Assembly (NCBI GenBank): GCA_905250035.1 | Contig: CAJNOE010000965.1 | Span: 6,145 to 31,491 of the forward strand | DNA from: Adineta steineri | Lineage: Eukaryota | Direction of reading: 5' to 3' | DNA: 25,347 nt | In this document: piece by piece, positions 19,791-25,347 of the stretch | Layout of the letters: each line of letters opens with the position of its first letter | How positions within the stretch are numbered: position 1 is the first letter of the stretch | Notes under the pieces: generated by a model | The model's database searches: none | Told to the model about the DNA's origin: nothing | Seen by the model: the letters and a program-made list of their open reading frames with translations, nothing else | Position numbers and translations under genes: made by a program

Positions 19791-19855
19791 AGTGTGGGTA
19801 TTATATCTAACTCTCATTCATACCCACACCTACACCACACACCCTAACCCGCTTC
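19791..19855. repeat. Telomere-like foldback repeat J
   Basis: agtgtgggtattatatctaactctcattcatacccacacctacaccacacaccctaaccc. Confidence 0.55.
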
Positions 19856-19959
19856 CACTCATAGCGTCAGTTAAATTTGCATTCATCAATTTAAGTAAAT
19901 GATCGATGAGTGAGTTGGAATATTTCATAATCACTGATAATTAACAAGTTGAAGACAGG

Positions 19960-20937
19960 ATGTTGCTCAATCGTAGTCCAAATATTCGAGCTCAACTATA
20001 TTTATACAACTTTTACTTCGCTTTGCTTTTGGTTTCATACGTTTGGTATGAATACTTTGCGCAGCAAACGAAAATACATTCGCACAGCCTTTCCCTAAAC
20101 ATAAGCGTTGGCCAAACTTCTAGTACTACCAAGATATCCATACAGCAAAATGTTAGTACTAGAAGGCTCAGTTTTCTTGTAGCTGGCGTGCAAAAAAGCG
20201 GTACTACAGCACTTTATCATTATCTACGACAGCATCTGTACATATGCCTACCAAATCAAAAAGAATCTCACTTCTTTGATAATGAGACACTCAATTGGAC
20301 AGCACCCGATTTCACAGCCTATGAGTCTCATACTCGCTCCTGCACTAACTTCTATATAGCAGGAGAAGCTACACCAATCTATATTTATTGGCAGAACAGT
20401 CTGGAGCGTATCAAGCGTTATAATCCTTACATCAAGCTCATTCTGCTTTTCCGTCAACCAGCTCAGAGGGCATGGTCTCATTGGAACATGGAATATGCGC
20501 GTCATCTTGAGACCAGATCCTTCTCATGGGCGATCAGACAAGGTCGAACTCGAATCACAAACATATCCAAAATGTCGAACTCCCATCGTATATTTAGCTA
20601 CGTTGAGCGTGGTTTCTATGGTAAACAATTATGCATAGTACTACAGCTCTTTCCACGCGAGCAGCTAGTGCTACTTCTTTCAGAGGATCTTAAAAAGGAT
20701 CCAACGCGAATTATAAGACAAATTTCCAGATTTTTGAAAGTACCGGAGCCTGAGGGAGAAATAAAATTTTTGGAGTCGAATGTATCGCCTAACCCAGATA
20801 ACGGGACCATTTTCTATGAAATGGATGCCAGATATTTACAAAGTCTTTATAACGATGATCTCAAGTTGTTTTCCAAACTCTCCAATCTAAATATCACAGA
20901 ATGGTTTCGTTGCTGCAAACACTCAGTGGTATCCTGA
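19960..20937 (+). CDS. Type II membrane sulfotransferase (Sulfotransfer_1; heparan-sulfate sulfotransferase-like)
   Basis: 325-aa ORF. TM YLYNFYFALLLVSYVWY. 5'-PSB loop VAGVQKSGTTALYHYLRQHLYICLPNQKESHFFDNE. 3'-PB-like LLFRQPAQRAWSHWNMEYA. Confidence 0.85.
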   Translation: MLLNRSPNIRAQLYLYNFYFALLLVSYVWYEYFAQQTKIHSHSLSLNISVGQTSSTTKISIQQNVSTRRLSFLVAGVQKSGTTALYHYLRQHLYICLPNQKESHFFDNETLNWTAPDFTAYESHTRSCTNFYIAGEATPIYIYWQNSLERIKRYNPYIKLILLFRQPAQRAWSHWNMEYARHLETRSFSWAIRQGRTRITNISKMSNSHRIFSYVERGFYGKQLCIVLQLFPREQLVLLLSEDLKKDPTRIIRQISRFLKVPEPEGEIKFLESNVSPNPDNGTIFYEMDARYLQSLYNDDLKLFSKLSNLNITEWFRCCKHSVVS

Positions 20938-21096
20938 AAAAAATCCGGCGAATGACAAGCCTTTAAAACGTTTATCAAAGTACGACGTGTAAAAAAAATT
21001 CTTTTTTATCGTCTATCACAAGGTAATAAACTCTTTATATACCCTGGAGAATTGTTGAAGAAACAGTTTATTAACTTGAAATACCCTTTATAAAAA

Positions 21097-21156
21097 GGGT
21101 GTGAGTGCGGGTATCGTACACACAATACCCATACACGCATACACCCACACACCCAT
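21097..21156. repeat. Telomere-like foldback repeat K
   Basis: gggtgtgagtgcgggtatcgtacacacaatacccatacacgcatacacccacacaccc. Confidence 0.6.
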
Positions 21157-21962
21157 TAAAGAATTTAATACGTTATTATGCGTTTTTTTCGGTGCTTGTC
21201 TGCTTAGATGGGTGACAGTGGTTCATTTAAGACACTCACATCTACTCACTCCTATTCGCTCAAATATTAAAATAGCTGTTACTTGTTATGACTAAAAATT
21301 CTAAAGTGTATAATAGGGTTTGAAAACGAGGTTTTACATTTCGGGATATTGCTTTTCTCAGAATTGTCGCGATCCTGTTTGCCATGTTTCAAAACGTTTC
21401 CAAGAAAGCCCTGTCTATTCTGCGGAACTAAGCAAACTGGAGTTTTCGGTGTTCGGAAGTGTCTCACAGGACTCTGATCAAAATGAATCTTATCGTAATC
21501 CCTAATTTGAAAAAGGGCTTCACTTGGAGCTAAAGTTACTACACTAGTATAAAGAATAAAGGTCATGCTTTCACTGAATAGTGATCAAAATTCTGCATAC
21601 GCAAAAAAGCTCGTCACAAAATGTGATTTCCGTATTACAAGAAAATACACTACTACCGACTGTCGTACTTTACTGATCACAATAGCAATACTTAACCGAC
21701 GGTTCTTATATCATTAAATTGTATTTTTTCATTTTTGAAAAATCTCGCATACCAGGTGGAAAAGTCTGTTGTCGGATCATAAAAGGTCTTATGGAATCTT
21801 CCAATCTAAATGAAATCTTACAAGAACCTGTCAAAAAATCATCGTCTCTGTAATCTGACAACAGATCATGCAGCATTATGCTCAAAGATCTTTCATTCAT
21901 TGTATTTTCACCCCATCATTTATAGTTATATTTTAAGAATATATGAGTTCGAACGAGATATT

Positions 21963-22041
21963 AGGGTCCGAGTGGTTCTGGGTGCGAGTGCGTATGTGAG
22001 TGTGCATAAATGATGTTCAACACCCACACCAACCCTTCAAG
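21963..22041. repeat. Telomere-like foldback repeat L (diverged)
   Basis: agggtccgagtggttctgggtgcgagtgcgtatgtgagtgtgcataaatgatgttcaacacccacaccaacccttcaag. Confidence 0.5.
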
Positions 22042-22137
22042 ATACACCTCAAGACTCTTTTTAAGTCATGTTTCACAAAAAATAGTCAGATACTGACTTT
22101 GCATTATTTCGATTCTATTAGCTGGGCTGTATTATAA

Positions 22138-23422
22138 TGCAAAGTAGGCAGAAAAGCAACAGAAAAGTTACCAAGTTGTGCCTCCTTGTGACACTCGTTT
22201 GTTGTTATTCCTTATTTTTTGTTGCCGTGCACTATAAACTGTAAGTCATACATAATCATAGGAATACAATTGAGTGCATTTGGCTTTCTTATTTTTTAGC
22301 GAAAATGTTGTTGTGAACTTCAGTTCGTATCAGCAAAATTCAATTAAAGTACCTGAGCACCAATTCAAATATTTTTCCAAAGTTTCATGCGAATCGAAGA
22401 AGAACATCTTATTCTTGAAGACGCATAAGACAGCTTCTTCAACTATTCAAAATATTTTTCTCCGCTATGGTGATGAGCGCAACCTTACAATAGCTTTGCC
22501 AAGTATAGGTAATTATTTTGGTCATCCTCAAGTTTTTAATCGCTCTATGGTTCAGTTGAAACCGCCATTGTCAAAGTCAAACCAATCTTTAGTTCCCGGT
22601 GCATACAATATTTTTGCGCATCATGCTAGGTTTAATTACAACGAGATGAAGTTTACTATGCCTAATGATACAATTTTTATTACCATTTTACGTAATCCAG
22701 TCTGCTTAATAGAATCGCTCTTTTGCTATTATCAAATCGCGATGGATATAAATAAAACGTCTTGCACTGATGCCACAGTGAGGTTTTTTACATCTAGGTT
22801 GAATCTTTCAACTTTGCACTATTTAACATACGAACGTGTAATCGGAAGATACGGTTTTAATCAAATGTCGTTCGATCTAGGTTTAGAGCCAAAAAATTTT
22901 AATAACTCACAAGTGATCAGAAAATTTATTGAAGAAATCGATTCACAGTTTCATTTAGTAATGATTGTTGAACGTATGGAAGAGTCCTTAATCCTGCTGA
23001 AAGATCTACTCTGCTGGTCCTTGGATAATGTAATAGTGTTTGAACACAATGGACGTAACCGAAATCAGCAATGCGACTTACCAGATGAAGTAAAGCGCAA
23101 AATACAGATTTTAAATGCTGCAGACCAAAGTTTATACAATTTTTTTCTCGAGAAACTAGAGCGACAAATATCAGTGCTCAATCAGATAAAGATGAAAAAG
23201 GAAACTACCCATTTACGAAATGCTACTGAGGCTATGTATCGCAAATGCGTTAAGAACAAAATTTTCATAGAAAACGTTATGATATCAAGGAAAGTGTCCT
23301 ATAACGACGTCGTCTTGGGCTTGAAGCAAAAAGAGAACACAGATAAAATGTGCAGAGATTTGACTATATCTGAATTACCATATACAGACTATCTCAGAAG
23401 GAAAGCTGTAGATTTAACCTGA
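22138..23422 (+). CDS. Type II membrane galactose-3-O-sulfotransferase-like protein, two exons (22138-22241, 22300-23422)
   Basis: Exon 1 MQSRQKSNRKVTKLCLLVTLVCCYSLFFVAVHYKL supplies a TM anchor, then GTAAGT donor at 22242; acceptor ttattttttag before 22300; phase preserved, total 1227 nt = 408 aa + stop. Gal3ST-like motifs NILFLKTHKTASSTIQNIFLRYGDERNLTIALP, YNIFAHHARFNYNEM, FITILRNPVCLIESLFCYY. Confidence 0.85.
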
Positions 23423-24450
23423 AGGAAGGATAAATCATATGAGGACAGCAAGAATATGGTCAGAACAGTGTGTAAATTATGATTACCGTTACATATATAT
23501 ATATAGATAGATTTGTGTCTTTAGAAGTGAATATTGAGGGTGTTATGAATCAGACACTGAAAGCAAACCGACCTTGAACTACTTTTTGAAAAATGACTTT
23601 GAATCGGATCAAACTATTTTCTCAAATACGAGTGAGTATAAGTAGAGACAAAAGAAAAATACTTAATTAGAACAATGTCTAGTCTCTCAATATATGATAA
23701 TGTTCACTATGATTGAATCATCTTTCATCGATGGCATTATACACCTAATTAAGAAACATTTTAACGTTGCATATTATCTTCATTATAATTATAATCATTG
23801 ATGATAACAATCACTTGTACACGGCACTTTTCTTTAACTTATTTCACACTATATTCTTCCCGCTGTTTTATATGATGACGAATAGATGGCCGATCGTCTA
23901 ATTGATGAAAAAATATTATTCTGTAAATGGTTTATCTATTGTTATTTATTTATCATTCTTCCATTGATATAGTTTAGTACCTATGGTATAGATATCTACT
24001 CAGTTTTGTTTTCTTCAACGCCGTTAACTACTCAGAAAATAAATGCGGAAACCTCTGATTTAACCCGAGAGTTATGTATACTACCATACGTTTACGAGAT
24101 AGATGAGTCATCCTAGGATATCTGGGTGTCAAAACTGTAGTGGCAAGTCTTTTCTATAAGCACGATTTCTATAGACTATGCCTATCTTATAGGACATACG
24201 AGCAAATACATCATCGGTTTGAACTCTTCGCCATGAGTTAACCTAGGAAAAATATTTTCCTGTAACCTCATTGTCATTGGTTATTGCTGAACTAATCGGA
24301 TTTCGAGGCAAAGGAAGTATAGATTTGAGTTCTCTGACCCAAAAAACCTTGAAGTAATATATCTGAGAAAGGAGGATAGAGCTCTAATTCTGGCTAATGA
24401 CGTCGTTGACAAGACTGCAACTGCTTCCTGCTTAATTATATTTGCCACAT

Positions 24451-24502
24451 AGGTGTGAGTGGGTAAGATTAAAAGAACATCATCACCCACACCCACACCC
24501 TT
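24451..24502. repeat. Telomere-like foldback repeat M
   Basis: aggtgtgagtgggtaagattaaaagaacatcatcacccacacccacaccctt. Confidence 0.65.
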
Positions 24503-24897
24503 CTTTTTAAATTTCATATTTTGAAAATATAATACCAATGATAACTGAATCACTGTTATTTTCAATAATTGATTAATTATTATCACGAACTGTTGGTTTA
24601 GAAACCATTGAATCAGTATCTGTTTCTTCGATTGATTAACTAGATTTACTTTTAATTAAATCTAAAAAATTGATAAATGAAATTTAAAGAAGTATTTTAA
24701 TACATGTTGTTTTTCTTTAATATCGTGGTAAACTTGAATGATTTTATTTAATGAAAAGTATTTTTAATTGATGAAATTTGTATTTAAATATAACGGTAAT
24801 GCAAGAACGAAAAATAAAATATCTGATGATCAGATTTAAATTGTTTTAGAAAGTTGATTCCATTTTTGAGTAAACGAGAAAACCAGCAAACATCTTG

Positions 24898-24979
24898 GGT
24901 GAGAGTGTAGGTGTTGGTGTGGGTGGGTGTGGGTGTGATGTGGATGTTATTTTAATTTCACCCACACCACACCCTCACA
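24898..24979. repeat. Telomere-like foldback repeat N
   Basis: gggtgagagtgtaggtgttggtgtgggtgggtgtgggtgtgatgtggatgttattttaatttcacccacaccacaccctcac. Confidence 0.7.
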
Positions 24980-25190
24980 TAAATTGAATAAAAAAATTGA
25001 AAAAATTTTTTTGGTTTGGGAAGGTGAAGGAGCTCCCTTTAAGGGATCGTCACACGCTGTACTCTGATAAATCTTTCTGAAGGACAAAGTAAAATGAAAA
25101 ACTAATTATTTTCGCATAGTTATCCGTTTATAAACGTATAGATTGTCGTGAAATACCTTTGCATTATAATTATTAAACTTAATATGAAAC

Positions 25191-25347
25191 CAGTGGCGGA
25201 TTTAGGGGGGGGCGATGGGGGCGATCGTCCCCCCCTTCCGAATTTTTTTTGATTTTTTACAGCAAAAATGAACGAAAAAAATAAGTTCACATTACTTCGG
25301 TTGGACTCAAAAAGTAGCTTTTAGTCAAAATCGCCCCCCTCCCTTAC
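25191..25347. mobile_element. Left end of a DNA transposon or MITE truncated by the window edge
   Basis: CAGTGGCGGATTTAGGGGGGG-type terminus starting at 25191, with internal complementary G/C runs (gggggcgatcgtcccccc). Confidence 0.6.

Noticed and set aside
2331-24979. Interpreting each TGTGGG stretch as a true telomere end or site of telomere addition
   Set aside because: The stretches are short, interspersed with other words, and mostly paired with a reverse-complement arm, so a terminal telomere is not supported.

Overview
The window looks like eukaryotic, probably bdelloid-rotifer subtelomeric or accessory DNA. I infer this from scattered TGTGGG/CCCACA telomere-like stretches, introns of about 55-85 nt, and a eukaryote-style kelch gene; no database search was run. 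The main content is a run of five + strand genes whose products each carry an N-terminal signal-anchor helix and resemble sugar or glycan tailoring enzymes: (1) a CmcI/cephalosporin-hydroxylase-family methyltransferase (1201-2232); (2) a GT61/DUF563-like glycosyltransferase (12991-14268); (3) a 1055-1091 aa fusion of an SDR sugar epimerase-like domain, a zinc-binding sugar C-methyltransferase, and a GT2/GT92-like glycosyltransferase (16155-19322); (4) a PAPS-dependent sulfotransferase (19960-20937); (5) a galactose-3-O-sulfotransferase-like protein (22138-23422, two exons by my reconstruction). On the minus strand I reconstruct an 8-exon secreted Cys-rich/Thr-rich/kelch gene whose introns are all phase 1 (5880-3879), plus a single-frameshift ORF (10522-9991). 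Non-coding structure includes a dispersed family of foldback elements made of telomere-like repeats (more than 12 copies, usually close to the 3' ends of the glycan genes), an 824-bp hAT-like non-autonomous element with a perfect 8-bp TSD, two TA-flanked hairpin MITEs, a 34-bp minisatellite, a 50-bp tandem array, CATTC-rich arrays, and a transposon-like terminus at the right edge. The best candidate for a previously undescribed system is the putative methylated and sulfated glycan modification cluster centred on the three-domain fusion protein.
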